A stretch of 64,000 bases of DNA. Origin: Paramecium tetraurelia (lineage: Eukaryota). Within the stretch, counting starts at the first letter, position 1; each line of letters begins with the position of its first letter. The stretch covers positions 1 through 64,000 of the forward strand of contig CT868318.1 in the NCBI GenBank assembly GCA_000165425.1. The letters run 5' to 3'. The translations under genes were made by a program, and so were the position numbers. The notes beneath the pieces are model-generated. The model had not been told where the DNA came from. It saw only the letters and a program-made list of their open reading frames with translations, and did not search any database. Of this stretch, positions 1 to 14,530 are shown piece after piece.

Positions 1-3000
1 GTAGACCACTCAAACAATCCTTTTACAATTTCAACCCTATCCTTACCATTATTTGGAACCATCTCGAAATAAGTATTTATTAAGAAGAGATGGAGTTCCA
101 TTTAATTTTGAATCAAATCATTCTTCACTATTTCCATATGTTATTTAAGCTCATCAGAGATGTCCAACGATTCCATTGATAAATCACATTTCATAACCTC
201 GATCATTTGAATTTAAGACTCTTAACTACTTTGAATTTGTTTTACCTTTTGTTATTTTAGGATTCTCCACTTTGTTGTATTTATATTTAATTTATAATAC
301 TACTTTTGATAACTTCCCAAATTTATGTATGGTAAAAACTACTCTTATCTATTATGCTCATATGATGAGTATTGTTACTTTGCTTTTGAACAGTAATTGT
401 TTACAAATTTCTTTTACTATATTAGAAGATATGCTGCCTAGCGAAATGAAGATTCTATTAATTTTTTTATTTTTTGAGCTGTTGAGAAATAATCAGATTG
501 TTTTTAAGAATCAAAAATTTTTAGAGAGAGTACACAAAACATAGCATAATTAGCATGCCTTAATTAGAAAATCTTAAAATACTCTTTTAATATGTTTTAT
601 TATAATATCATATTGATTCATGAATTGACATTCCAATTATGGACCTATAAATAATAATTTGATATTTACTTAACATTCAAAGTTCATTAATTCTTGATCG
701 AAATTCTCACTTAACTCCTTAAAAGTTTAAAAACAATTTTACTCTTGGAGTGAATATCGATGTAAAAAGAAATCTGTTTCTAAAAGTAACCATTATTATT
801 CTGATATCGAAGTTGATGTTTATCTCTCCTTTTAGCTCTGATCTCTAATATTTTGTTCAAAAAAATAATAGTTGAATTCAAGATTGGGATATTATAAATT
901 TAATATGTGTTGGTAAATTGTTTCGTTGCAATATTTGTTGATCTACTTAAGTGATAAAATAATTATTTTAAGTCGCTTAAATTGTTTTATTTCTTGTTGA
1001 ATTTATTCATCAAATTATTGAATCAATTAACGACAACTTTAAGCCTTAATTGATAAAGCAATTCTTTTAAACTCTCCAAACTCATTCTATCCATAAAATT
1101 TTATTATGTAAAAGTTAGCTGAATTTTTACTTCTCTATTAAATACTTTTCATTGCATTTGTAATTTATGTAGTCCTGCATTCCCTTATAAATTAATAATC
1201 CTCGATAAATAATTTCATATTAAACTTTCCACAATCAAGAATACTATTCAGCATTAATTTTTCCTTTAAAATATTAATTAAACCTTATTAATTTTTATTA
1301 CTAAGTCCTATCTTATAATAGGATTGTAAAATTTTATCTAATTAAAAAAGCTCAGTATCAAACTATTAAAAATCATATGTAAACCTCCGCATTAAATATG
1401 AGTAAAACTAAGATTGAATTTCTATTAATAAATCTTCATATATCATATAAGGTTTCTTTAGTTTCTCAAGAATTTATTCTTCTTGGAATTATTATTCTGG
1501 ATTGCTTTAATAAGCATTTATCTGGAAAAAGAATATTTTTATTTGTTTTTGCAGCTTATTCCAATAATTCTATTTTTATTATTTCTATTNNNNNNNNNNN
1601 NNNNNNNNNNNNNNNNNNNNNNNNNNNNNNNNNNNNNNNNNNNNNNNNNNNNNNNNNNNNNNNNNNNNNNNNNNNNNNNNNNNNNNNNNNNNNNNNNNNN
1701 NNNNNNNNNNNNNNNNNNNNNNNNNNNNNNNNNNNNNNNGATTGATATAGATGATACGAGTTTTCCATCTTATTTGACACTACCTTAGGAATTTGTTTCT
1801 GACGATTGTGATTCATTGCTTATAAAAAAAGTATTAGTGAGTTTGATTTCAGGAATTTTGGATTTGAAATTACAAACGTCATTTTTACAATATCTTTCTT
1901 TTAAAAATAACACAGATACTAACCCAGTTGGTTCCTACTCTTCATAACAAATTAACTGTTCTTATTGAATTATCTGTTCTAATTAATAATTGGAGTCTTT
2001 TTATGATAAATCTTGTTTTTGCACGAACTCACAATCATTTTAATCTTTTTATTCTATATTGAGGGGATGTGGAATTTCTTATAAATTTTGCTTCTAAAAG
2101 TCTTTTGAACTTATTTTTTCATCCTTTTAGAATTAAAATTATTTTTTCTAAACTGGTTTTGTCCAAATATATTGGTATCTTTCTGTTCTTGTCTATATTT
2201 ACGGATCCAATAAATGCTGCGAGATGATAATGAATTAAAATCTTGCATCCACACCCAATCCAAATATTTCTTCAAATTTTTCACAAATAAATTCAATTGG
2301 AATATTGTAAAACATGCCTACACATTTTTTACAAACTCTGTTTGTTGGTTATTTCCAAATAGATTTAGGATAGATTTATGATATTATTTATTTGTTGAGA
2401 ATCTATCAAATCTAATTTTAAATACTGAAATATGGATTTATTTAGGTATATATCAGCCAAAAGAAACAAAATCATAGTCCTTTCACTATGTGGTTCTGAA
2501 CGATATGAGTTAAAATATTTAATAGGCTCTGCTGAGGATACTAATTGAGCAAACTCAGTTTAAAACTAAACGTAATCAAGAAATTATATGTTTTCAAATC
2601 TTCCTATTGGTTGCTTAAAATCAATGAACAATCCATCCTTTTTTTTGAAGACAAATCTAATATTTCCAAATGCTATATTGTTTTTTCTAAAAATATTATC
2701 TTCACTCATAGAGAGTTCTATGAAATTTTTTTTAATGTTAGATAACTCAAAGTATGAAAAAAAGTCATCCAACAGCATATTATAATCAAGATCTAGGTTG
2801 GGAATCAATTTATTCAGATAAGAGATAAACATGAGTTCATTTAAAATAGAGTCGTCTGGTTCAGTATAAAAAGAAATTTGTGAAATGCATTAATTGTAAA
2901 GCTTTTATTTAAAATATCCACTTTGAAATTTTCTTAATTTTTTATAATAATCATCTTAATAACTGTCGTAAAATTGATTGAAAAGTTTTAATTTACCATC

Positions 3001-3527
3001 TCTATACATTATTAAAGCATATAAAAAGTAACATAAAATAGGTGGGATTTATAAAGGAGCAGATCGTTAAAGCTCTAATTAAGAAAGCTTAAAATATAAG
3101 GCTTCCAATTAGAGTGCATCCTGCTAAAAATTTTTAGAAAACTAATTAAAATTTACATCATTTTTTCTACTCTCATAATTATTATTAAGATCCTCCTATT
3201 TTTTGTTTGGATGTATATTATATGATGATGGCAAAGAATTACCACTGTTCATTTAGGTAATTTCTGTTATTTATTATCGAACTAAATTGGTCCATCTGAT
3301 GAAGTCTTAATAAATTCTTATTACCTAATTGAATTAGAAAAACTTCTTTTTCTAAATTTTAAACCCTCCCCAAATTATGAAGTATTTGCAGTTTTTGAAG
3401 GAGGCGAATAAAGGATTTATTTTCGATCCATTGAACAACTTCTTGTTATTGTAGTCATAATCCATCTTTTGCCCTTCATTTGCTTAGAATAAGAATTGAC
3501 AAAGTTTGCTTTTGTTTGATGATGCAT
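1..3527 (-). CDS. Large hypothetical protein, runs off the left edge and spans the N gap (could be two genes)
   Basis: ATG at 3527 (MHHQTKANFVNSYSKQ...). Long code-6 frames with a tiny intron near 3125-3157. Includes track ORF 2584..2832 and an open frame at the edge (DLIQNQMELHLFLINTYFEMVPNNGKDRVEIVKGLFEW). No family recognised. Confidence 0.6.
1590..1739. other. Assembly gap (150 N)
   Basis: Run of N characters. Confidence 0.99.
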
Positions 3528-3699
3528 AATTTTATAAATTTATTTAAATAATAAAAATAATTTGTAAATAACCCACTTTTATAATTCAAATTATTAGTAC
3601 TAAAATGAGTAATATTATTAGTGAATACAAAATTCAATAATATTCTTAGATAAGTCTTAGAATCCTAATTGAATATTCTAATGATTCATTTGACCTTTA

Positions 3700-6400
3700 T
3701 ATTAAAATTTGTGTTTCGTTTTTACAGAGTTTAAAAATTCAGAACCCGTAGATTATTTTATGAACAATCAAGAACCGAGAATAGCTAGAATCATTTCTAT
3801 CAAAACCACGTGAGTAACAGTGGTTTATTTCTCAATTCATGCATTCTAGATGTCATTCAAATAAAAAATCTTTCTCTTGGTTGCGTTTTTGTTTTGTAAA
3901 CTACATTCCAATACTCCCCTAATTCCCATTTTGAATCAAAGGGGTAAACAACTATCTCAAATTCTATTTTTAAAATAATTATTATGAAAAGGAATTATTT
4001 TGAATTTTTTCAAAATTAAGTTACAATTTCAGCCTTCCTTGTATTGTACTCTATCAAATCAAAAAAGATTTAAATTTACGATAGGTGTTGCATTGGATGT
4101 AATTCTACGTTCGATGCGATAATAGATAGAAAATATTTATACTCTCATTATAAGGTTACTCTGCATATTATAAACTAGTTGAGCTTAATCATTATTTAAA
4201 GTGTAGTAATTCTTCACCGAAAGATAGTGCTCCTAAAATAGAGAATCAATTATTTAGTAATCCTATAGGTTATTGATAGTAATTATAATTTGGGGCAAGG
4301 TATTTTATGTTAAGGCTATAGTTTCGACATTAGGTCATATGATAATATCCTAATAACAGCAAAGGTACTAAAATTTCCTGTTGCTCATCAATCTGAGCAA
4401 TGTGCAAGAACGACACCAAAGTCCATTCTTATGTAGTGAATATTTTGCGAACACGTAAAACTGTTGGAAATTTCTCAATTATTTATAACAGCATCCTGTT
4501 CTACTCATATTGTAATTTGTGAAACTCTTCTACTGGATTCGATACTCTCTCTCACTTGGCGTATAAGTTAAAAGAAACTACTAAGAAACTTTATGTACAA
4601 ACTCTTATGAAAACTAATAAGACGAATCTAATGAAATACATTTCTCCATGTTATTAGAAAAATGCACAGGATTTCCTAAACCTTGTATTCCACTCTAATG
4701 TTTGAAAAAATTAACAATACTTGAAACACCTGTGTAAAATCTAACAAAAATGCTTATATAATCTAATTTATTATTATAGATCACTTTGATACACTTAACT
4801 TATTTTATTATTATTAATCTGTTCCTCAGTTTTATAAAAATAAACAAAATTCCATCACTTAGAGTACTATGCAATTCCAATTGGAGAAGTATCTAAAGAG
4901 ATAATTACTTTTAAAATGAAATTTCCTTTTGCGCTTAAGAAATTAACAATTTTATTTATATTTGAAATTATTTACAATATTATTCTTGAATGTTAGTATA
5001 GATATAAATTTTTATAGCAAGAGGAACTGCACTTTGAATGCTTGATATTTATTACACTAAAGCTAATTTACTTCATTAAGGATTCTTGGATTGTAAATGT
5101 CCTTTACCCTCTTCTGAAATTAATCCTCCTGGCATTTCATTTTCGAAACAAAAAATGAACAACACGAACTGCCAACATTGCTTATGAGTAATAGATACTT
5201 ATGTTCATTCTTAATTCTGCTACTTGATTGCTGTACTAGTACCTGTTTGATTGAAAAAGGTAATAAATTGAACTAGTAGGAGGGCTATATGATAGACACA
5301 ACATGCACTGCAAAAGGATGATGTGCAAATTCCAATGATTTAACTAATGATTATTATCTGATGACTCTATTTATACCTTAAATTCAACAGTTATTTTATT
5401 ATATTCTCACAACTTAGAACATTTACTCCAAAAATGAGGAGCACGATGTGTTCATCACAAGATATAAATGTTTGTTTGATAAAGGACTTTTGACTATTTC
5501 AAAGATTTTCAATCTACAATATGAGAATAATATCAAAACTATCAGATGATTGTTAGAAATAAATGTAAACAAAATTACATATATAATTTGCTTAGGATTT
5601 ATTTGATTGTCTAAAAAATAAAATTGGAGAGGAGAGGAATTATTATCAAAAAGTAACTTTTATTTGCACTATTTAACTGAAGTCGCAGTCTACAATTACA
5701 CAATCTCAGATATTAGGTACTTTCAATTTATAGTAATATCAAGTAGAGGCTAATCAATATCAAATTTTACTAAATTTTAACTCTTGAATTATTTCATTAA
5801 AATTGTCCTTAGAAGGAAACATCCTTATTTATAAGTTAAAAATATTTTTTAAAACTCTTGTTGAACTTGGTAACTATTAAATATTGTTCTCTTTAAATTA
5901 ATAAGAATTAGAAAACTACATAATCAGATACGAAGGTAATGGAAGGAATTGAACTCTTGAATGAATAGAAAAAACAAAATCTTCTTTAAAGGACTCATTT
6001 AAATTAAAAAACTGAATATTCATAAATGAGGGGTATAATACACTCCTTATTGGTCTTTAAATTATGATGTATTATATTTAGGGAATCTATATTTCAAAAG
6101 TTTCCTTTAACATTACATACCATAAATGCAGGCAATAATTGGCAAAAGTGATTATAGTTATTAGAAGTAAGACATTATCAAAGAACCTAATATTCATGAT
6201 TTGGACCTATTGGTTTAAGATTTGTAAATGAAAGCTGAGGACAATTCTTAAGTCATAGAAAAAAATGTGTCATAAAATTAAGTTTTAATTCTAATTTTCT
6301 TGCTTCGATAAATTATTTAATGAAATCAATCCTAATAGTAAAATGTTGATATAAAAGATTTGTAATACTTTGGTTTCTTGTTTTTATTAAGTTCTAATTT
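3700..6400 (+). pseudogene. Heavily decayed coding relics (Cys-rich fragments); boundaries approximate
   Basis: Coding-like composition and short Cys-containing pieces (e.g. CCIGCNSTF at ~4085), repeatedly broken by TGA. No long code-6 frame was found by eye. Confidence 0.3.
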
Positions 6401-6492
6401 TTAATGTAATTGTAATTGAGAAAATGATTCCAATCTTTTTAAGTAATTATAATCAATTTAATGATGAAGAATAATTTTCTGTATTAGACAAA

Positions 6493-7426
6493 ATGAAATA
6501 GGCTGAGAAAATCTTTGTGTTAAGGATTTGAAGAGTAAACCTATTCTCATGAAAAATACATTATTCAAACTATTTGTTTTATTATTACAAATAATAAATC
6601 ACATCATATGCAATGAAATTTATGCAAATTTCTAAATAAGAGATGCTTATATGGAATAATTCTTTGACTCCTTAAAAAATGGCCTTTAGGTTCTGGATGA
6701 AATTCTATTGTGTTTTTAAATCATGAGATGTACTCTAAAAATCAAAATGAAATTAATATTTTCATTAGGTAATGGCAAAATAATTCCCAAGATACATACC
6801 TTACATGGAAACATTTTCAGAAATTCATCAAATATTAATGGAGTTCATGAAAAATGGTTCTCTCTTAGCCATATTATTGACAAATGGAAAATTTGCGGAA
6901 AATTTGCATGCACCATCACAATAAATTTTTACAACTAGATAGGACTTTTGCATAGGAATGGAGAAGTGCATTTTGATTGAAATTTGAGAATATAATGTTT
7001 AATGAAAATATGATATTAAAAATATGCGATTTAGGATATGCAAATTTACCTATAGGTTTCACGCAAGGTGTGCTTCCCAGAAATAAATTCAAAATAAAAT
7101 AATCGATCCTGAAAATGCGATGTGTTTGCTTATGGAGTTATAATATTTATAATTGTTATGGGGTTTCTGCCCTTTTATCATAACTATGATAATTTGTAAG
7201 AAATGATTTCTAATTGATAATGGGATGAATTTTGGAATAAATTTAAAAAAATTGTTAGCCAGATCATCAGATGAATATAAAGTATTAATAACAAAAATTA
7301 TTGTTGCCAATGCGAATAACAGATGTAATATGCAAATATTTCTACTGCAGCCTTACTTTGGAAAAGGCATCAGATTAAGAATGTACATAAGAATTACTCA
7401 GAAAGATTAAATTGAGAAATGTCTGA
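6493..7426 (+). pseudogene. Protein kinase pseudogene
   Basis: ILMEFMKNGSLLAIL, LLHRNGEVHFD and KFENIMFNENMILKICDLGYA lie in different frames. One base is missing at the HxDLK motif (gat tga aat, ~6976). Confidence 0.75.
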
Positions 7427-7643
7427 TTTTATAAATATTGATTCTTGATTTTTGAGAATCAATATTTCCATCAAGTTTTTAGTTATAATATTTCACTGTG
7501 ATTTTATTTATTTATAAATGGAGCAATCATTTCAAATATTTTCAAGTATTATTTAAATACAATTGTAACATTTAATTTTCATTTATTTTTATTTACTTAT
7601 AGTTAATATAGAAAAATTCAAATTTATTTTATAGACATTAAAA

Positions 7644-8640
7644 TGTAGAGAGCTTTAATTTTAAATTTCTATTTCTAATAAATTAAATTACATCATTTTT
7701 TTAATATTACAACTTTTACAGCTATCTCATAACAAAGTTTAATCGAGTTTAGTTGCTACATTTCCAAAGATATAACATAAAAGCAAATTTATTGATGAAA
7801 TCCTTGAAAAATTAATAATGCGCAATCAGAAAATTATAAAATAGTACAGCATATAATTATCTTACATTCTTCGTTAATTATTACTTTTAATTAATCTTCC
7901 AACACTTACTACCACTAAAAAGTATATAATATAAATACTTTTCATTTCAATAATCTTTTATAAAAAGTTGAAATCTAGTTTGTGTTCTCATTAATAATTC
8001 CAACTATTTTTGTCTGGCTATTTACAATAAACCCATGTAATTATAGGATAAAATCTATAATATTGATATATAATCTGTGAAAATTACCGTTAGAAATTAT
8101 CTGCTCACATATTTATAAATCAGCCAACTTGAGTTTAATGGATTACTGATGATTTACTCTATTCCTCTACGGTTTATTTTTCAAAAATCATTTTAGTTCT
8201 CCTCGCTTTAATAAGATAATTAATTATTTTAATTGGAAAGTTAATAGGACAAGATATCACTTTTAACAGATTGAATTCTTTATTTACTTGAGATTTATGA
8301 ATATTTCATTAGGATATATTTTGGATATTAAACTTCATTAAGTTAATTCTTTGTCGATTGTGATTAAATTTGCCTTTAATAAATAAATTCAATCCATTAT
8401 TTTAGAATTGGCCTTTAAGAATATGATAACTATTTAATATTCTTTGTTTGTCTCTCTCTAGATCTAAGCATCCGATAATAGGGTTTAATAAAAATCGATA
8501 TTATTCTTAAGAACCAGTTTTATTCTTTTGACTTATAACCTCAAGATATAATTTAGAACACTAGAAGAGCTCTACATTTCTAACATAAATTTCTTAGTTC
8601 CAAGAAATTAAATAAATATCTATTTGTTTATAAAAAATTG
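7644..8640 (+). pseudogene. Hypothetical gene or relic
   Basis: Partial code-6 open stretches interrupted by TGA; no clean gene model. Confidence 0.25.
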
Positions 8641-8694
8641 CTTATATTTTTAAGGATAAATGAATATTTGTTTGAATCAACCATTCTTATTTAT

Positions 8695-9837
8695 ATGGAA
8701 AGATTATTTAGTTTCGATTATTTAGTTTAATAACTAAACACAAAACCAATAGCTGGAAATACTAAAGGCTAAAGGTCATATTGAGAAATTTTTAAAGATT
8801 TTAGACAAACCAAAAATTAAGTTTGACTGAATTAGAGCACCTGATGATATTAAGGGATTAAGATCTTTGGTTGGGAAATTGATATTAGGGTACCTTCCTG
8901 TGGATAGGATGGAATGGAATTCAACAATCACAATAAATATTGAGAATTATGAATAGTTTTGCAATGACTAGATTTAGTCGAAATTGTAAAAACATTTGAC
9001 TGAATCGAGTGAATATGAAGATTAAGAAAATAAATAAAATTCAAAATAAGATCATCCATTAAGCAAATCCTAATGATATATTTGGAAAAGCTATTTTGAT
9101 GATTAAGTAGGAAGTGGAGAAAGACAGTGTAAGAATGAGAGCAGAATTGTCTTTCTTTGTTTCCCCAACGTGAATTCCTAATAAATATCCAGTATACTTT
9201 AGAACCTAATGTAGAAGAGAAAGGAGTTCTAACAAGAATATTGTTTATTTACTCAAAATTGAATCCTGCAATTAGATATGTGGTATTAGATTGTATTTAT
9301 TCAAGCAAGGGATGAATGAAATACTAGCTCCATTGTACTATTTGTTCTATGACGATTTATTTTTATAATCTGTTTGAAAGTGAAGCATTTTTCTTTTTAC
9401 AATATTTATGGCTGATGCTAAAGAAAGGTGTAAATTTATAATTTATTGCTAGTTTTTTAAGATCACTTGAGGATTCATTAGATGGTATAAAATCAAAAAT
9501 GAATAACTTAAACACATTGTTAAGGATTCACGAAATTGAAATTTTGGATAATTTATAGAAATAAGGAATTCATCCATAATTTTATAGCTTAAGGATAATA
9601 CTATATTTACATAAGAATTCGAATTACATTGTGTTTTTATCTTATGGGATAGTCTTTTGAGCCATTCTAATAGAAATGAAATACTTACTATATTTGTGTC
9701 TGAGCATAATAAAAGAATTAAAACATTCTTTGTTAGGCTATGATTTTACAGACATAATGGAGGGATTCTAATAGGTAGGGAAAATTGAGGTAGAAAAAAT
9801 CCTGTAAGTAGCATCCCAAATTTATCAACACAGTTGA
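8695..9837 (+). pseudogene. TBC-domain Rab-GAP (TBC1D13-like) pseudogene
   Basis: PDDIKGLRSLVGKLILGYLP, DHPLS, EVEKDSVRMR and LTRILFIYSKLNPAIRYV^QGMNEILAPLYY are present. In-frame TGA at 9074-9076, frameshifts, and a W->G change in the LRxxxWK motif. Confidence 0.8.
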
Positions 9838-9895
9838 ATTGTTTTCATAAGTATCTGATTTATTAAATTTCAATTGTTTTATCATAACAACTTAA

Positions 9896-11149
9896 ATGTA
9901 GACTCTATCAGCTAAATTAAGTTAATTGAAATGCTCTCTCCACAAAGAGCACTCTTAATCGATAGCTGCAGTTTGCTTATCTGAAAATTGCTAAGAACCT
10001 AGGAGGACACTCTGTTCATTTTGTATATTATATAATCATAGAGGACATAAAATATTTTAACTAGCTGAGCTTGGGAATATGATTTAAGCAGGACTCTAAG
10101 AATATCAAAATAATGTATTAGCTTATGGCGCCATTAATATAAAAGAAATAAGTAATTGCCTAAAATTGATGACTTAGAAAATTATTTAATTACAAATACA
10201 TTTTAAAGAAATAAAATAGGGAATCAAGGATGAATCTTTAATAGAACTTATTCATAAGCAATTATTTATCAACTAAATTAAAAAAGAATAAGAACTAGAA
10301 TCCATAGTTCTATAGTTAAAGCAACTATTTTAAAATAATTAATTTAAGTAGCCACCAAATAAAAATTATTAAGAATTATTTCTCTTAGGTAAGTAGATAT
10401 CTTTGAGTGCATCTTTTTTTTTAGGAACCTAAATAGTAAATTAGAAACTAGAATTAAGTTAATAATAATATCATATTGCAAATCGCTGTACACAAAATAT
10501 CAAAGAGCTTTTCAAACAGCTGAATTATAATTTTTAAGTTGATTGTTCCACTATTTGTAGCTAGCAAGATATATATTTACAATCAATAGATGTTAGCACT
10601 TAAACTGATTTATTAATTTATATTAATTCTCAATTTCAGAAACCTGCCTAGCTTGATTAATGTTTTAAATACAACTTAGGCGTATTCATGAATTTAGGTG
10701 AACATATACTATTATCAAATGGGTTTAGTAAAATATATGAAAAACCAACTACGTTTCCATTTACTGAAGAACTACTGGAAAAGCTTAGGTTTGATTGTTA
10801 AGAAAATACAATTATTTGTCTGGGAGGTATAAAAACCATAGAAAGGAATAAATTGATATTGTGTGCTATCGATTTTGCATAAGAATTATTTATAATAACA
10901 AAAGATTCATTGAAATCCAGAAAAAGCCAAAATGCTGATATATTTTGGTATCATTATAAAAATAGATGTTTTGGATTTTCTAAAAATGAAAAGATAAGTG
11001 CCTCTAATGCAACAGCTGACGAAAATTAAATTTAAGCTGAGTATAGATTTTCTGTATGGTTAGATGGAGACATTGGTTTTAGAATTGGAAACAATAAAAA
11101 TTTAAAGTTTAGTAATGAATTTAGTTATGTAATTTATAAGAAATATTGA
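9896..11149 (+). CDS. B-box-like zinc finger, coiled coil and uncharacterised C-terminal globular domain (417 aa, intronless)
   Basis: Continuous 1254-nt code-6 ORF. N-terminal CSLHKEH..VCLSENC..LCSFCILYNHRGH; C-terminal FWYHYKNRCFGFS...RFSVWLDGDIGFRIG. Confidence 0.85.
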
Positions 11150-11490
11150 TTTCTTTAATAAAGTTGTATTTCTTTTTCATAAAATATATTATTCAAGTTT
11201 ATAATAGATTTAGCTGTTTCAATCTAAATTTTAGGAATAATGTCATTTTGAGTTACTTTGTAACTTATTAGCTTTTATATTACTATTAACACAAGAAATA
11301 TGATCTCTACCTTTTTATTTACTTTCATTAAGGGGGTGTATTTGATTATAAAATTTATTATTAATTAAGTTCTTTATTATTTGATAAAGGTAATAAATCA
11401 ATGAAGGTGTTAAAATTGATGAAAATTAAAGTGTGTTCCATTGTGCTGCACTATTTTGGAAGCAGTTTAGTCAATTTTTGTGTAGAGCAT

Positions 11491-11532
11491 CCAATCAAAT
11501 GTCAGATATACAAATATCCATAATCAGCCAAT
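11491..11532 (+). promoter_or_regulatory. Two CCAAT boxes upstream of histone H2B
   Basis: CCAATCA at 11491 and 11528, about 65-100 nt upstream of the H2B ATG. CCAAT boxes are typical of histone promoters. Confidence 0.55.
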
Positions 11533-11593
11533 CAGATTGAAAATTTTTATTAAAATATAGCGCTTAGGTTTTCAATTTAAAATATTAAATATA

Positions 11594-11968
11594 ATGGCTC
11601 CATCAAAATCTCCAAAAGCTGAAGCAAAAAAGACTGTTAAAACAGTAAAGACTAAGAAATCAACTGATGACAAAAAGAAGGCAAGAAGACGATAAGAAAC
11701 GTTTGCCTTATATATTTACAAAGTATTGAGATAAGTGCATCCAGAAATTGGTGTTTCAAGAAAAGCCATGAACATTATGAATTCATTCATTAATGATATT
11801 TTTGATAGAATTGCTCTTGAAGCTAGCAAATTAGTCAGATTCAATAAAAGAAGAACTCTAAGCTCAAGGGAAATTTAAACTGCTGTTAAATTATTACTTC
11901 CAGGAGAATTGGCAAGACATGCTATTTCTGAAGGAACAAAAGCTGTTACCAAATACACAAGTGGTTGA
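11594..11968 (+). CDS. H2B: Histone H2B (124 aa)
   Basis: MAPSKSPK...[40 protein letters not shown]...[33 protein letters not shown]; intronless. Confidence 0.99.
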
Positions 11969-12492
11969 TTATATACTATTAATTAAGTTCAAAAAATAAT
12001 AAATAGAGTTTAATTTACAAATTTCTTTATTTCTTATTATAATCATATATTTTATAATCTTCTGACACTTTTAGCCAATATCGAGGTAGAGAATTTAATG
12101 TTTATGTATTAAATGCTGATATCAACTTAATGAATTAACATTAGTGAATGGCAAATGATAATATAACTTCATTTATATTGAAATTGAAATAATTATTTTA
12201 GCTTGAGATTAGACTATTTAAGGGAAAGAAAAAGGAAAACTGGAATAGAGAAATTGATCTTAATATATATATATCAATATCATTGTATATGATAATAGGT
12301 TTTTTTTATATATAAGTTATTTCCAAACCTACTAATAGTGATTTCATTTAAGGAGATGGCTACTTACGAATTTGGAATGCAATTTGCTTAATAATTAATG
12401 TAAGTGTTTAATGGCCATTATTTGATCATAAAATTATCACAAAATTAATTATATTAATTATTATAGTCACAAGCTGCAATATTACGCAATCA

Positions 12493-14500
12493 ATGTCAGA
12501 ATTAGAATCTTTTGGAGTGGTTTCAATTACGGTTATTGTTGTGTTATTCGTTTATTCAATCTCAGGAGCGTTCTTTGAGCATAAACATGTATATATTGTC
12601 ACATAAATTTGTAGATCCACATAATTCATGAGACTGGTTTGGGAATTTTGCTGGGAATACTGAGTGGATTCATTTTTTATCTTCTCTTTGAGGATACATT
12701 GCGGTCATTAGTATATCATCAATATGAAGTAGTATACTTTTAATGGCACATTCTTTTTCTATATTCTTTTACCGATAATTATATTTTGTGGAGGTTATAA
12801 CTTAAACAAAAGAAGGTTTATTATTAACTTAGAATTATTATAGATTTGCATAAAATTTCTTCTATATAGTGTTATTTGGATTATTAGGAACAATATTCAC
12901 TTTTATTTTTATCCTAATTTTCACATGGATAGTGAATGAAAACGGTATACTTTTGCAATGAACTAGACTTGATAACTGAATCCTTCGACAAAAATGTCAT
13001 AAAACTGAGCTTTGAGAACATCATGATTTTTGCAGCAACCATTTGTGCCTCTGACAGTGTAGCAGCCTTGACAATGATTAAGCCAGAAAAATATCCTAAA
13101 TTATTTAGTGTTGTCTTTGGCGAAGGGATGGTCAATGATGCAGTATCCATTATCCTCTTCATTTCAGTTGAATTAATAAGTAATGAACATGTAGAAACTT
13201 GGAAAATGCCATTGGAATTAATTTGGTTATTCATAAAGGAGTTCTTTGGAAGCATGATTATTGGGATATTATTTGGTATTCATTATCTAATATGTGATTA
13301 TAGGATTATTCACATCGTTTTTGTTTAAACGTTTAAGATTTTTGACAGAGTCTGTGATTCTCGAAATTATTATTTTACTATATGTTGGTTATGCATCATT
13401 TGCGATTTGCGAGTTATTAGAATTAAGTGGTGTAATCAGTGTTTTGGTTTGTGGAATAGCTTTGGCTCATTATAATTTTTACAACCTTTGCAACCTAGGG
13501 CAAATATCATCAAAGTATATATTCAGATAATAAATAGAATAACTTTAAATTCCCTATCACTCTTTTGTGAATCATTTATCTATGTGTATCTTGGCCTAGC
13601 CTTATGGGCTATAAAAGGTGATGAGAAAAATGGAATTGATACAATGAAGACAAGTTGGGTTTTCATTTTGCTTGAAATAGCAATATGTTTTGTCTCCAGA
13701 GGATTATCCTTATTTTTATTGACAATGATATCACAAATTTTTACTGGTAGATAGAACTTTAAATTAACCTTTTGGGAGCTCAATATTGTTTGGTTTGCAG
13801 GACTTATAAGAGGATCAGTTGCTTATGCTCTTATACAAAAACTTCACTACGAAGGTGACGAAGAGTAAACATAGGTTGAGCTCATGTAAACAACAATACT
13901 GATTATTGTTATCATAACAACTATTATACTTGGGGCACTTATGCCTTTTTATATTTCAAGAAATTTATAAATACAGGAGCATCGTAACAAAAAAAAGAAA
14001 GTCTAGCATTGCGAAAGCATTAGAGTTACGTTTTTAGGGGTAAATTATTTATTTATTATATCATCAAGGAAATACAAGGAGGTATTGGGGAAAATGAGGA
14101 AAAATATACTAAAAAAAAGTCTAAATTCTATAGATGGTTAGCCCACATTGAGGAAAAGTATATGAAACAATGGTTTATTTACAATTATAGCGAAAGAAAA
14201 TAAGAAATTAAAGAGCAAAAGTAATTATAAAAAAAAGCTAATGATGGAAATTTACCAAGAAGATAAACTGTTCAATTCCAAAGATAAGATAGTTAGGGAT
14301 ACAATACTAGAGTGTCGAAAGTTATTCATAGATCAACTATAAACTCGAAATATACCGGAGTTTAATAAATAATTCTTAGTATTGATGTGCCTAACGAGGT
14401 GCAATAGTATTCAAACAATGAGGAACTGAAAACTTAAATGCAAGATCAGAATGATATTAGAGAAGTTGATGAAAATTTAGAATAATCAAATATAAAGTGA
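12493..14500 (+). CDS. Na+/H+ exchanger (CPA1/NHE family)
   Basis: FFFYILLPIIIFCGGY, ATICASDSVAAL, LFSVVFGEGMVNDAVSIILF, LELSGVISVLVCGI and WFAGLIRGSVAYAL; several tiny introns. Confidence 0.95.
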
Positions 14501-14530
14501 ATAATAAATATATATATTAATTTTTTTATT

